A stretch of DNA of 64,000 nucleotides. Origin: Vermamoeba vermiformis (taxonomy: Eukaryota). The DNA lies in assembly GCA_045837725.1 (NCBI GenBank), contig JBEWZL010000264.1, forward strand, positions 1-64,000, written 5' to 3'. Below the pieces are notes generated by a model that saw only the letters and a list, made by a program, of their open reading frames with translations, was not told the DNA's origin and did no database searches. Of this stretch, positions 36,065 to 49,606 are shown piece by piece. The translations under genes were made by a program, and so were the position numbers. The first letter of the stretch is position 1. The number at the start of each line of letters is the position of its first letter.

Positions 36065-39000
36065 ATGGAGAAGTCGAGTGACAGTATTACAAACCCTAAT
36101 AACAACAACAATAATGCCAACGGTAAATCCTCGTCAGGTAGTTGATCCTCTATGCATACAACTTAAAACAAGAAATTAGAGCATTATTTAATTTTTAAAA
36201 AACATGTATTATAATATTCGATGCTAATCTTTATTATGCTCGACCTTGACTTCCCAACGGTTTCAAATCCAATTCAATTTTGATTTCCAAATTAATTTCC
36301 GCAATAACGAGCTATAAGTTGATTGCTGAATTATTTTATTAATGTACGCGAAAAATCGATAATAAATTTACAAGACCAGATGCGAAAGATCTGAAACGAG
36401 CTCCAAAATTCTTCTATAATACTATCATTGCTAATGTTTAATTTGCAAAGTGACCGTTAAATGGAACGAGTGCGCGATGAAGGGCACAATTCCAGACGCA
36501 CGTTGGGCTCACACGGGCGTGGTTTGTGGCTACAATATTATAATTTTCGCTGGTTATGCCGGTGGTAGCTACGTGAACGATGTTTGGAAACTAGATACAG
36601 GTAATTCATAATTATAATCTCTTGTCATCAAATTACAGAAAAAAAACGCTTCGTTATGTCGGATCTGCCTGCAGCATCATAGATTGAATATTAATATGAT
36701 CACGTTTACAGTCGACATGAAGTGGAACAAATGTGTCGTACAAGGCACTCCTCCATCCATTAGAGGTGCCCATTCAGCCTCACTGGTTGAGAACGACATT
36801 TACGTCTTTGGAGGCTACGAGGGTAACACGCACATGAGCGACGTGCACGTGCTCGATGCAGGTAAATATACCTTCCAAATAAGGCAATAACATCGCACAT
36901 CGATACCAACTTAAACGAACGACGATGAAAGTACTATTGTGGTGGTATACCATTTGTGTATCACGTGCTCAATTTCTATTTATAGTCACAATGAAGTGGA
37001 CCAAACTCGAAGTCAAACCGTCCTTCCCGAGTCCTAGAAGAGGTCACACTGCGAGTGTGGTTGGCACTAACATTTACGTGTTCGGTGGATACAACGGAAT
37101 CAGCTACTACAACGACTTGTTTATCTTTGACTCAGGTACGATACCTTATATTTATTGGCCTATTCTTTAACACAAGTGCTCGCTTCGATTAAAACACTTA
37201 CAATGGAAACTTTTTCTTCAATAATTTTACGCGGCAACCAACAAATTAGATCTGGCACAATGTTTTAATACAAATTCATTCGATTAAGATTATTGTCCTA
37301 TCGAAATCCTATTGACTTGTGCTAATTCAGTCACACACGAGTGGAGCAAGTGGGAACCGAACGGCCAAAAAGTCCCCTTGGCACGATGGTTGCACGCAGA
37401 GACAGTGATCGGCACAGACGTGTACATCTTCGGAGGTGCCGCCGCAGATTCAAAGCTGTCAGATTTGTGGAAGTTTGACACGGTGGCACAGACCTGGACG
37501 CAGCTGAATCCCTCGGGAGAACAGCCTGGCCGTCACTGGGGCCACTCGCTGTCACTTTTGACGATCAACAACAGACCCCATTTAGTCCTGTTTGGTGGTA
37601 ACGACGGCTCAAAATACTTGAACAACTTGCAGCTCTACGACACTGGTACGTTAAAATATCATTTTTTACCTACTTATGAAAGAGGCATTGTTGCAACGGT
37701 CCTACTTCCGTGCATTGTACTAATATCAATGTGTAGTTGATAACAAGTGGATCGAGTTCGCAGTCAAAGGCTCACCTGCCTCTCCTCGTTGGTTGCACTC
37801 AGCGAGCATTGTAAATAACAGACTGTTTTTCTTCGGTGGATCTGCTGGCACCGGTCACTACTTAAGCGACGTCCATATCCTTAGTATTGGTACGTATTAC
37901 ATATGCGAACATGTGTACTATTTAGAGAGACTAATGTGACTTCTAGAAAATGACACCATTCAATTCCAACGTCCCGAGAATCTATTCTTCAAGTCAGTCA
38001 TTAACACGAAGAAATCACCTGGTGTCGAATACACACCGAGCTACGATAGTAAGCAGTCGTATTATAAGGATGTATATGCACGATTGGTGCTAATTATATG
38101 CTATTTTAGCGTCCTCTATCAACGAGCTCGAGACTGAATATGCTACTGCTTTGAAAGTTAGCAAGGATGAATTTACTGGTACGCAGATCTGGAGCAAGAA
38201 AATACTTTAAATATTAATATTAACACATTTGCTAATTATCAGAGACTATTTCTAATGGCAGCAAATATCACAATGAGTTGACGATCTTCTTGCAAAAACA
38301 AGCCGAGAAGATTGACATGCTCCTGCGCGAGAACTTGCAACTGGTAAATATAATGCAATAATATGCATACCGCTGTTTATTATACTAACACTTTTGTTAT
38401 TATATAATAGAGCATGGAACAAAAAGTTATGAAGTTGAAGCAAGAATACAACGAGAACTTGCTTTTGACGGAACAAAACCTCCGATTATCCGAAGCTAAT
38501 GAGTCCCTTAAAGCTCAAAATAAGGCGTTTGAAGATGAGCGAAAAGAAATCATCGAAGAGAAAACAAATCTGGCTGATCAAGTCCAAAAACTCAAAACTG
38601 AGAACGAACAATTGAAACAAGATGCTAGTAGAAACCAAAGACTAGCTACTTTGAATAGTTCTAGTGGTCTTAATGCCTCTAACAACAATATTAACGGAAA
38701 TAATGGTCCTTTAACGCCGATCGACATCAACAACGTAGATCTGAACTCGCTGACATTGGACGACCTGCGCCTGCAACGAGAATTCTATGAAGATGCTTTA
38801 AAGAAGATAGACGAACTTAAGGTACGTCAGTAATATTAGCGCTGGTAGTCTGTGTACTGGATCTTAACCTCGATCAATTTTCAGGAGAAGAAATTATCGC
38901 AAATGACAATAGACGAGGCTAAGAAAAAGCTGTCTGAAGAACAAAAATGTCTCATTTGCTCGACTAATGCTCGCGTATTGGCCTTTGTGAACTGCGGACA

Positions 39001-39091
39001 CATGGCTGTTTGCGAGAGCTGCGGATTCAACATGACTGCTTGTCCTATTTGCAGAACTGAAGGCAAGACCTTGAAGATCTTCATTGCTTAA
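36065..39091 (+). CDS. Kelch-repeat, coiled-coil and C-terminal RING (C3HC4) protein, putative E3 ligase
   Basis: Six Kelch repeats (ARWAH, IRGAH, PRRGH, ARWLH, RHWGH, PRWLH with (Y)xFGG). C-terminal CLIC...CGH..VCESC...CPICR. Confidence 0.9.
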
Positions 39092-39179
39092 TTTATTTAT
39101 AATGTATATGTAATTAAAGCTTAAAAACTATTTAAACATCCCGTATTGGAGCATTCAGTCGAATTTTACCATTCGTTGA

Positions 39180-39491
39180 ATGAAACCACAACTCAGCATT
39201 TTATTGTTATTTTGCACCTTAGCACTTATTAACATAACCATGGGCGATACTACTGCTGCAACAAAGAGATACATCGTAGAAGCATTCAAAGACCAGCATC
39301 CAGCTCAGTACACGTCCTTTTTTCAAGTTTCAGAAGCAGATGTGACTTTGCACGGTGGCAATCCAGTTCAATTCGAATTAAAAGCAAAAGAATTTCAAGG
39401 AGGATTTGTTGGTAATATTTTCAAAGGGGACGTAACTTTCAAAGGCACTGTCGACGCTGGATTAACTCAAGCAAATTTTCAACGAGCGTAA
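39180..39491 (+). CDS. Small secreted protein (103 aa), unknown function
   Basis: Intronless ATG-TAA ORF with a clear signal peptide MKPQLSILLLFCTLALINITMG. Confidence 0.7.
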   Translation: MKPQLSILLLFCTLALINITMGDTTAATKRYIVEAFKDQHPAQYTSFFQVSEADVTLHGGNPVQFELKAKEFQGGFVGNIFKGDVTFKGTVDAGLTQANFQRA

Positions 39492-39694
39492 ATAATTATT
39501 ACAACATGTTGCGTATAATTTCAAAACATATTATACGTAATAAACTTAACTTACCATAAATACCAATTATTTTAACAACTTTTTCGACTTTGCAGGCCCC
39601 ACCCCAAGGCCCCAGCCGATTTCAATTACGCTCAAATAATATTCGTATTCAAATACTCAATAATGTGAGCAATGGTCTTTATCGTAACAGTATT

Positions 39695-40325
39695 TTATTT
39701 CTTTGTCGTCATACTATTCAATTTTCGTCGCAGATCCGCAATTTTAATTGTGACTGTTTTAACTCCGTTTGTGCTCGTGTTCGTAGTATTTGTATTATTA
39801 ACTTCCTTATTATTATTACTATTGTTCTTATTTGGAGTATTTTCTTGCAATACCCTCGGCTCTATCATTTGTACTGTGGATGTCGCTGTATAATTTTCAT
39901 CTTTTAGCCCTGTCTCTTTTGGCAATATTGCAGTGTTACTATTTTTGTTATCAATAACATTCTTGTTATTGTTTTTATCAGCTGTTTCTTTCGTATCTTG
40001 ATTTTGTTCGGATTTGGATGTCTCTACTTTTTGTTCTGGGTGGCTAGTCTCATTTAAAATACTATTAATTATATCTTCGCGATGCCTAACTTGAGTGTGT
40101 TGCTTTAAGGACCCTCGGGTAATAAATGAAGCCTTGCAAAAGGTGCAATTGAATTTTCCATGTTTCGTCGATCGATAATGCGCTTTGAGATCGCCAGAAG
40201 ACTTGTAAACTTCTTTGCAAACCTCGCACTCTATTTGTAGACGCCTTATATTGCCGTTATTTGGTCCACCTATAGGCTTTGTAATGTGCTTTACATTCAG
40301 TTTGAGCACGCGATCCCCAGGCAGA
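39695..40325 (-). CDS. C2H2 zinc-finger protein with an N/T-rich low-complexity tail (5' exon unresolved)
   Basis: CEVCKEVYKSSGDLKAHYRSTKH and CTFCKASFITRGSLKQHTQVRH. Confidence 0.75.
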
Positions 40326-41225
40326 TCTGAATTTCGAATACAAATCAGTCTTCACCATAAATGTGGCTATTTAGGCGCTTTAGGTAGCTTGTATAGTAAA
40401 GTTGAGGCAATTATTCGTTGCAGAATGCTAACGGAAGAATAAAAAAATTGGTCGGCACTTGATCTCACCATTGATCACTGGCTTGGCAGACTCTGAGGTA
40501 TAAATAATTAATAATTATATTAATATGGTACGGCTATAAAGGCTCGATGTCTACTAAACCCTCAGTTAAAATAATGATTAATTTTATTAAAATTACCTTT
40601 TACGACAAAGACGGGCCTTTTCTCATTATCACGCCGTATCCCTGAGATATTAATATAATTATTTATTGTAAATAGAGTTTGTTGCCAGAGTAAGATTCGG
40701 TACCAGACAGATGAGACAGATTTACGCAGCTTGAATCGAACTAACCTTGCTGTTCTTCCATTGTAACTTGCTACAAAAAACTTCCTTGCGCTCGACAAAC
40801 AACAGAGCCTTTTGCGTTTGTGGTGCAGTATACACAACGGGATTTCTAATGAAATTTGAGCGGATGGAAGCAGGAAAAGATTCTAATCAATTCTCAAATG
40901 TCTTCAAATGGCTTGATAGGACATGAATTTATCGATAAAAAGCAAGAAAGAATCGCCGGGAAGCTTCGGACCATTTTGGGCAGATCTGCGATTGCCTCGA
41001 TCGACAAAATTCTTCTTGCCGTGCACGTCAAATTTTACTGCGATCTCTACGCGAGGTGCGCTGTGCTCAACGGCTAGTAGATTTACCGCGCAAGGAATGT
41101 GACCGTTGAGCGTGACTTAACGAGAAATAGAGTTGTTAAGTCCGCGTCGGTCAAAAAAATCAAAAAAAACGTTTTTTTTAGTTCATAATTTCAAAACTAC
41201 ACTCCACACCACACCTCTATCAACA

Positions 41226-41843
41226 ATGTCTTTGAAACGCGAAGGTACTATGGCCAACGCCGCCGCTGAAGGCGAGAAGTTTTTGGAAAAGCTTGGCGGC
41301 AGCCCTAAAGGCCGCACTAGAGCCGAAGAAAAAGAGGCCGAAGAGAGCTCGCAAGAGGCCCAAGAGAACGGCGACAACAAGAAGGCCGAGTCTAAGAAGC
41401 GCAAGGCCCCCGCTTCTCCCACTAAGGATAAAAAGGGCGCCAAGAAGCCCAAGCTCGATCGCGCTGGAACTATGGACAACACCGCTGCTGAAGGCGAGAA
41501 GTTCTTGTCCAGACAAGGTGGCACTCCCAAGAAAGCCGGCAAGACTCGTTCTGGCATCACTCCCAACTCGCGCATGACCCGATCAATGCAAAGCAAGACT
41601 GCTGCCGCCAATGACGCTCAAAAGCTGCTTAGTGCCCTCGAGAAGAAGGTAAATATTATCGGCGATCGCAGTTTTGATTTCTGAAATCCGAAGTTTTCCT
41701 GATGTTACCGTTACGCGACCTGCAGACCCTAACTAGCCGTTGTATTTCAATAGGAAGCTGCTGCTGATGGCAAGAAGAAGCGCAGATTGAACCAATTCGA
41801 GAGAGCCGCTGCTGAAGGTGCCAAGTTCGTCAGCCGAAAATAG
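41226..41843 (+). CDS. Small basic protein with repeated LxRxGTMxxxAAEGxKFL motifs
   Basis: Two exons (intron ~41649-41753). Motif copies LKREGTMANAAAEGEKFL and LDRAGTMDNTAAEGEKFL plus degenerate copies. K-rich linkers contain SPK, SPTK and TPKK. Confidence 0.8.
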
Positions 41844-42051
41844 ATTAGCTTTTTCTAATCTCTATGTAAAAATACTCGATTTTGTTTATTACGATTCATC
41901 CCTATTCTACGGTTATCTAGCGACCATAGTAGGTTGTAATTAGCCTTTACTGTATTATTAGAATGACTTGTAGCTTGTATTAATAGAATTAAAACGAAAC
42001 CATTCATAAAATCTTCTTGATTCTTATCTTAGCCACAAGGCAAACACTACA

Positions 42052-43712
42052 ATGACGAGTACTATTGACTCTGATCGCTTGAAGGAAGCTACTGACTTCA
42101 TCGAGCAAGTAAGTGGCGCAAAAGTTACCGTTAGAATTGACTGGCACGGGAGTCAATCTCGGATGCCACATTGGTACCGGTGCTAACTCGAAGTATTTGC
42201 TAGATTACTGGGGACAGTATCGATGCTGACAAGGAAGATATTCAAGAAAAGTTGAAGAGCGGTGTCATATTGTGCAAGTAGGTCTAAAGATATTTTATGA
42301 AAGAAATCTGAAAAGTAATCACGCGCTGACCAGCGTCAATTGCTGTATTCACGAGTATTAAATATTTTAAAAATATTTAGCGCTAATTTCTTATTTATAG
42401 CTTCATTAATAAGCTTCAACCTGGCACGATCACGAAAATTAACACCAGCAGAATGCCTTTCATGCAAATGGTAAAATTGATCGTGCATTAGCTCGAGTAT
42501 AATGTGTAAATTAATGTTTTATTCAGGAAAACATCGAGGCGTACATTACAGCTTGCAGAAAGATTGGCATCCCCGACGAATACAATTTCTTGACCATTGA
42601 TTTGTTTGAAGGCAAAAATATTGGACAGGTAAGTCACATCAAGTTTAATTTCTTGGCCTAATGTTCATCGCAAGGTTGCTTTGAACATTGTCTCAGTCAA
42701 GCGACACTTTGGCCACGGATTTCAGAAAACAAATAAAAACTCAGCTGCACCCGTGCTCAACTTGAATGAAGACAAACAACAGCAACAAAACTACCAATGT
42801 AAGAGCTTCCATATCTATTTTAGCCTTTCGTGACCTTATCTAACATCTTCACAGCTCAACAAAAATTGCCATCGCAACCCGTGGTTGTTCAAAAAGAAAA
42901 AGATGTTAAAAGGTAATCTAACGAGCCAACTATATACATTGTTATTAGAAGCCGTCGGTGCTAGTATGGAGGTACTAATGTGCTCAATAGAACTGGTGCT
43001 GCTAAGCTTCCAGGTCACTTGGAAATCACCACCACGCACAACAATCAATTGACTTGCGTCGTTTGTGCCAAGTAAGTTATGCATGTCATTCATCCTTCAT
43101 TATCATTCGAAGCTATGTGAAGCTATTTCTAAGGCATTTAAATTGGTGTTGCATCGTGTACAAGATGGGTTTACAGATGCACACGTGTTGTAACACGCCG
43201 CAAAACTGCTGTCCCTTCGCTTGTTAGGTACAGCAATACTAATACAATATCGTATATTATAGGTTGATCAGTGGTGCTTGTGTTAACGCAATTAATCAAA
43301 CCTGGCATCCCAATTGCTTGTAAGTACATCCGCGGATAAATTATTGACTTAATAATCGCATCTCGCGACCTAAAACTAGTACTTTATCGATATTAATACT
43401 TTATTATTGTAGTACTTGCAAGAAGTGTGGTGTCAACTTGCATCGGGCCAAAGTAAGTATACACCACATCCAGACGATTTATGTCTTCTTTACCAGCTGT
43501 ACTTTAGCACCAGAGACTATATTATTTCATTTGCGACTCCTTTAATCAAATCCAGATGGTGTTTTACGGATATACTTCATTTGGTAACTTTTGTACTGTA
43601 GTTTTACGAGCACGACAACAAACCTTACTGCGAGCGCTGTATTTTGATCGTTGTTCCGCAACAAAACGTCAAAGCTGCAGTTGTGGACAAAGGATTTACA
43701 TTCAAGAAATAA
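42052..43712 (+). CDS. Calponin-homology plus LIM domain actin-associated protein
   Basis: CH domain LKSGVILCKFINKLQPG...MQMENI...DLFEGKN. LIM signature WHPNCFTCKKC...FYEHDNKPYCERC. Confidence 0.88.
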
Positions 43713-44102
43713 TTCGGATGATCCTGTGTTGCCTGTATTACTAGTAAACTCGAATTAATCGGATGTGCTAAGTACTTTGAGTCGGCGCAAACCTCCGATG
43801 TAGAAAGTAATGCATTTGATCGTATTCCGTTTATAGTCCGGTAAAGTATAACAATTAATTAACTGCCTAAAAAATGCGCGCAATCTTTGGGCGATGTATC
43901 TCCGGGGCAGATCATGAAGAGATTTTACTCGTAATCATTAAAGAATTCCATAATATATTCGTAGAATATTGGTCCTATTGATGTTTTCGTAATGCAAGCT
44001 AACTGGGTAAACCTTTGTGTGATTTGGCGCCAAATTTCGTTATTACTTTAAGAACTAAGATCAATAACACATCGCAGTAATTTGAGCTCATAGAGAATAA
44101 TA

Positions 44103-46373
44103 ATGGACAAAACAGTGCTTAATTGGTCAAGTCTACCAAATGAAATGGCGATTACAATCCTTTCTTTTCTTGATCCACAAGATCTCTTCAAGTCAGCGAC
44201 GGTAATTATTCGAAATTTAATATTAAATCGCCATTGTTATGTTGCACATATATAATCTCAAGCAAGCTAAATCAAATTTAATAATTGGGAATTAATTGAA
44301 AATCTTTTTTTGTGCAGATCAGCAAGCAATGGTGCATCAATAGTTATAACAATGGAATATGGAAGGAGTTATTTTATAGAGATTATGATTATAAAAAAAA
44401 TACAAAGTCAACAAGCACGCCAGAAGAATTATTTCAAGAACGGCTAAATCCGAGTCACCCGCAGCACAGCGTATTAACAGATTGGCGACATGGCTATTTA
44501 ATGGTATTTAATACATACTGATCACAAGTGATGTTCATTTTCATTTAAAGATTTCAGATGTGCACGAAGTACTCCAAATAATTCCAAATAATTCGCTAAT
44601 TTATTAATACCATATTTATTAATAGAGAATTATTGGCAAAACACCGCAAGAGCGATTCAATTGTTTATCAGACTGCTTGAAGTTGATAAAAGACGGTTTG
44701 ATGTTTGTCGATGGCCACGAAATCAATCCCTATTGTCATAGAGCGTTGCTATTCGAGCCTATATTGCCTTTAAAGGTAAATAATATTATATTACTATAAT
44801 CGGTAATAATCACGCATGTTTTGAGCAGATCGAAAAAGATTATTATGTACCTCGTCCTGGGCACGATACTCCCGACAAAAATATGCCGATCTCAGATCTC
44901 CAAAATAACAAGGGCTTGGAAATGTATAATACAATCCTTCAATCGTCGAGTAAGCGTCAATTTTGAATAGATCTTGAGGGATCAAACTTTCATCAAAATT
45001 TTAAATGCTTGCAGCCAGACAAGTTGGCATCAAGCAATATTTTTGCGCATATTAATATAATTTTAGAATCGGTACCTCGTTTATGGATGCTAGTAGTTGG
45101 TGGCAAACACCCTGAAATTGTACCGCGGATCCAAGAATCAAAAGCGCTCAGTATGTGGTAAGTATAGCTATATCAATTATTTATTAGCAACGCTGATTGA
45201 GGTATTTTCTAGTTTATTGAGTAAATGGTACAATCAAGTGAACGCAAATGGATATCCATTTTTAGTGAAGTTCGACTCTGATCTGGAGTTAACTCAGTGG
45301 CTGTTTCATCATTGCTATGAGCGGTCAGCTATTACCGTATTTTCCATACATAATGATATAATGGATTACGCTTCGAAACAGTGGTACTTGCAAGGATTCG
45401 ATCCGGTACGCGAAAATCTATATCCATATCTTTAAGTCTCATTCGTTTAATTATTCATATATCATACAAACATCGATTAACATATTAACATGTTATAGAC
45501 GACTGCATTGATGGTATATTTGAAGCGACATTTCTCGTTCTTCTTCGGGATGCGCGAGAAATGTTTTTGCTGGGCGCACGATCCATGCACGCTATTTGCA
45601 TTTAATATTACATTCGAAAAGAAGTTCACCGATAGATTCTTCTACACGATTATTGAAAAGGGAAACAGCGAAGTGAAACGAATCCCGGTCGTTGAATACT
45701 TTCTGGTATTTGGTACGTAAATTCATTATCTGGTCGTATTAATAGTCTAATGTCTTTCCTTTTTAGGAAATGGATTTGCGCCAGGAGAGTTGAATAAGGA
45801 GTTTTATTATATTCGACGAGATAAACCGCTCAAACAATGCAGAAACGCAAAGGCACCTTCGTTTCCGTTAAGTAAGGGACTATTAATTTATAATATGAGG
45901 ACTAAATAATAATTTATTATAAATACTAATAATTTGTTTTGTGAGCGAAAGATAATTCTTCAGCATTGAACGATTATTTGCTCTGGAGGTACGAAATTAA
46001 AATAAATGTAATTATGGTATTATTATGCTAACGCTTATTTAATAGAGGAGGATTTGAAGCTGGTGGCAAGGTTTGGAAAAAGGAGCTCAAAAATATGACT
46101 TTGAAGGAACAAAACAAGCTGTTTAGGAAGATCTACAAAGCTAGCAGGAAATTTGGCATCGATTTCGAAGATTTGAAAATATTCTATAAATTAGCGAAAC
46201 GACATGGCTCGTTTTGGCGTATCGACGCTTGTCGTGTAAGTTCTCCGAATCCGGATCCATTACAAAACATTTTAATTTCTTTCTTTGAGCAGCAAGTTCT
46301 CGCTAAAAAGCCTCGTAAAGAAGAGTTGTTGGTTCAGATTACCGAAGCAATCGATGGCAAGAAAAAAGAATAA
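44103..46373 (+). CDS. F-box protein, multi-exon, C-terminal region unassigned
   Basis: WSSLPNEMAITILSFLDPQDLFKSAT|ISKQW...IWKELFYRDY F-box; many GT-AG introns downstream. Confidence 0.72.
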
Positions 46374-47472
46374 AGAGGATCCTCTTCTAAGTCTTTGTCT
46401 TCAATTTCGACGACTCGGGCTGTTCTTATGCATTGCAACCTCATTGACAGAATACTGCACCACATGTGGCGTGTCATAATAATCTACACAGCCTTTGGTA
46501 CTAAGCTTCATTTGACCACAAATGTCCCTTTCGTTTCCGATCTGGTTCGCAGTTTCGTACGTAACAGAGCTTTACTCTAAACGAAAATATAATACTAACA
46601 TTTTAATATTACTATAGTCTATAGTATTTTTGTGGATTTTCTTTTCAGAAGCGATTGCTTGGTATTTTCATATTTAAAATTTTAATTCCAAGTGGTGTGA
46701 TCCATTGCTTACGGATCTGGTTCAAAGACCGCAGCTCAAGTTATAACACATAGATTAACTGGAAGAGGCGATTAAAGAGGCGTTAGTGTTTAAAAGACGA
46801 TAGTGCGACAAAAATGTGCAGTGCGCTCCAATGTCTGTTTGATGTGGTTCATCCTCTTCCCGCTCGATGATATGTTGTTCGTCGAGAAAAGGATCGATTC
46901 CTGGTTGGGGAGTGTAACAACTCGCCAAGCCAGCAGGCATGTAGTTTGTGGAATCGATACTTTACGCCGTATTAGTGATAATAAGGTCAAGAGATTGCTA
47001 GTGTACAGCAGTGAACTACATTGAGACTCTATCGCACTTTTTTTATTTAAACTGAAGGGCAGTGTATATCTATTAATTATAACTAGTATTTAAAGGTACG
47101 ATTGTGACATTGGATCCACTCCACTAATTCATACGCATAGTAAATACACCTATGCAACCATTGAATTTGAGGAGTTGTTTGCCCGTATTGTAAGGGGGTG
47201 TACCCAGCTCGACGACGGCGATCTATAAGGAGAAAGAGGACAGTGAGCAAAGCAGCAACAGGGAACCAAGAAGACCAAGGGTCCTAATAGGACGACTGTG
47301 TAATCTGGCTTCAGTTGCGAATCTGGCCGCGGTTGGGTCTCTGAGGAAAACGGAACTTTGTAGGATGTTTTTTGGCCATTAACAGGTTCTTTGCTTGACA
47401 AGCCAATAATTTAGATCAAGTTATTTTAGATCAACACGAACCTCAGGATAAGGAGGTAATTATGAATGAAAC

Positions 47473-48826
47473 ATGATGCATGTGGTAATTAGAGTCCCTT
47501 GGAAACGTCCACCGAATTTTGTCTCGGATTTGCAAAACCATCCAAATTCCGATCTTGAAGCTTCAAAGTCGTTATGGACGCCTGAAAGAGATGCCGAATT
47601 ATGGAAATTATTGGCCTTAAATCCGCCTGATCAGGTCGATTGTAAGTTAAATTTCAGATGGGTCTTATTTTCATAAAATACAAATAATAATTCGTTTTAA
47701 ATCGTGTGACATTTTCGTTGATGCGCATTTTTATACGCATAATAACATAATGTTGTCGTTTTTATTTAGTATGATAGAATATATAATATAGCTTGCAAAA
47801 TTCCTAACGGCGTGAAATCTTTGTGATTATTCAGAGTGGTATTTTAATTGTGTATTAGGGGACTCCGTGGCTCAAAAGATGAATATTACACCAGAAGAGT
47901 GCTTCGATCGCAGCACATTTTTGTACAGACAACAGATCGAGAAAATTCAACAACAAATGTTTCAAAAGAAGCGTCAAAGTCTTCTAATGAACCAATCAAC
48001 TACCTCTGTAAATAGCAATAGTATAATAGACCCTGTAAATGCGAACAAATCAATGACAAATAATAACGTCAAACCTTCGACTGGATCTGGTACGTAATAC
48101 CTCAAATAAGAGCATTATCTCTTAAAATCCATAGTGACTTATATATGCCTGCTTATTGATGCGTTATATCGTAAGTAGGTTCAGATTCATTTCGTGGGGA
48201 TCCGTCAAACAAAGTGTGAGTGATTCAGAATCTCAAAACGATCTCATGTTAATGACTAATCAAATGTTATATTAGACAGCATTTGCCGAAGATACCGCGA
48301 GATACACTGAATCAACTCGTAACCAGATTTGATTTCGATTGGGTGAAGGTGGGGGCAGAATTGAATTTTGACCCAGAAACATGTAGAAAAGTCTTTAATT
48401 ATTACGAGCGGCAAGACGTTAAGAATCAACGAAGGAATGCTAGCAAGCTGAACGCATCCGGCTCAACAACAAATCCGCGAGCACTGTATTTGGATCCGAA
48501 TCAGTTATTGAATTCAATGCGAGCAGGATATTCCCCTGGTCCATCAAGACCTATAACTCCCCATCTGAAGGCATTAGAAACGATCCCAGCATTTCTCCTT
48601 ACGGAAAGTCCCGCAAGTCTCTCCGCAACCAATGTAAATAGAATGACAGCGCAAGACAGCGCCGAAAGCAATACTAGCTCTAACAGCGGAAGTTTTCTTT
48701 CAAATGGTAATAGAATTCTATTTTATTCCAAATATGTCTAATGCATGTTGGAGCTCAGATTCGATAAGTAAATCAGCCTTGGAGTCAGCTTACTTGCATA
48801 TGGAGCACTCAGAAGACAGCGATTAA
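47473..48826 (+). CDS. ATG29: Atg29-like autophagy protein
   Basis: The N-terminus HVVIRVPWKRPPNF...WTPERDAELWKLL...VDWDSVAQKM...STFLYRQQIEKIQQQM matches the recalled Atg29_N pattern. The C-terminus SGSFLSNDSISKSALESAYL matches the Atg29 tail (SFSD..S(V/I)(T/S)xSALExA). Confidence 0.7.
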
Positions 48827-49606
48827 CCACCTTGTATTGTAAGTTAAAAGCTTTTCGTATTCCTTTTGTTTTCGGATCCACAACATCAGATTTTCAACCT
48901 GGACGGTTACTCGATAACGAATCAAATAATAATTTCTCCTACTCGTGTCCGTTAGCGCGGTTTCGGTTATTGTATCTATGTTGCGTTTATTGAACCGTTC
49001 CGCTTTTTATGGAATTGGAGATCTGCATCTATTTTTACGGCAACCTTCCTTTTGGTACGCTCCCTAATTGACCGTAAGGGGTGTTCATATATATTCATTG
49101 CTGGCTACGGTTCGTCGAACCCGGGCCGCATCGCTGTAATGATTCGAATCAGACTTGTAAATATTGTCCGAAACAAGTTACCCGAGGCTTAACACTGCGG
49201 AGACTTATTCGTTTTCGTTCTTCCTTTCTTTTACCATGGTAATGCTAATTTACCGAGAGATAAAGAATTCACGCAAAGTAATGTCTCGACAAAACGGGAA
49301 AACCGATCCAAAAAAAGTACCTGAGTATCACCGGTGTATCGGCGAACCTTTGGAAAGTGACGCTTGCAATTTAAGTACGTGGATGTTTGACATGCTCATA
49401 TTGCGCCAAGCTTGGATATTTTAACTTATTTTACGAATCGAGCTCCCATCAGGCCCAAATATGGTAAGTACAATTTAAATCTCGCGGTCGAGATTACCAG
49501 GATACCCACAAAATATTTGGTCGTCAGACCTCACGGCGAGATTGTAATGGTTGTGCGTTGCAAGAATATTTTGTTTTATTTAACGCGCGTTAACAAGCAA
49601 CCACAG

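Noticed and set aside
46750-47410. Short ORFs in GC-richer intergenic DNA
   Set aside because: No consistent frame, splice pattern or motif; it may be a decayed gene.
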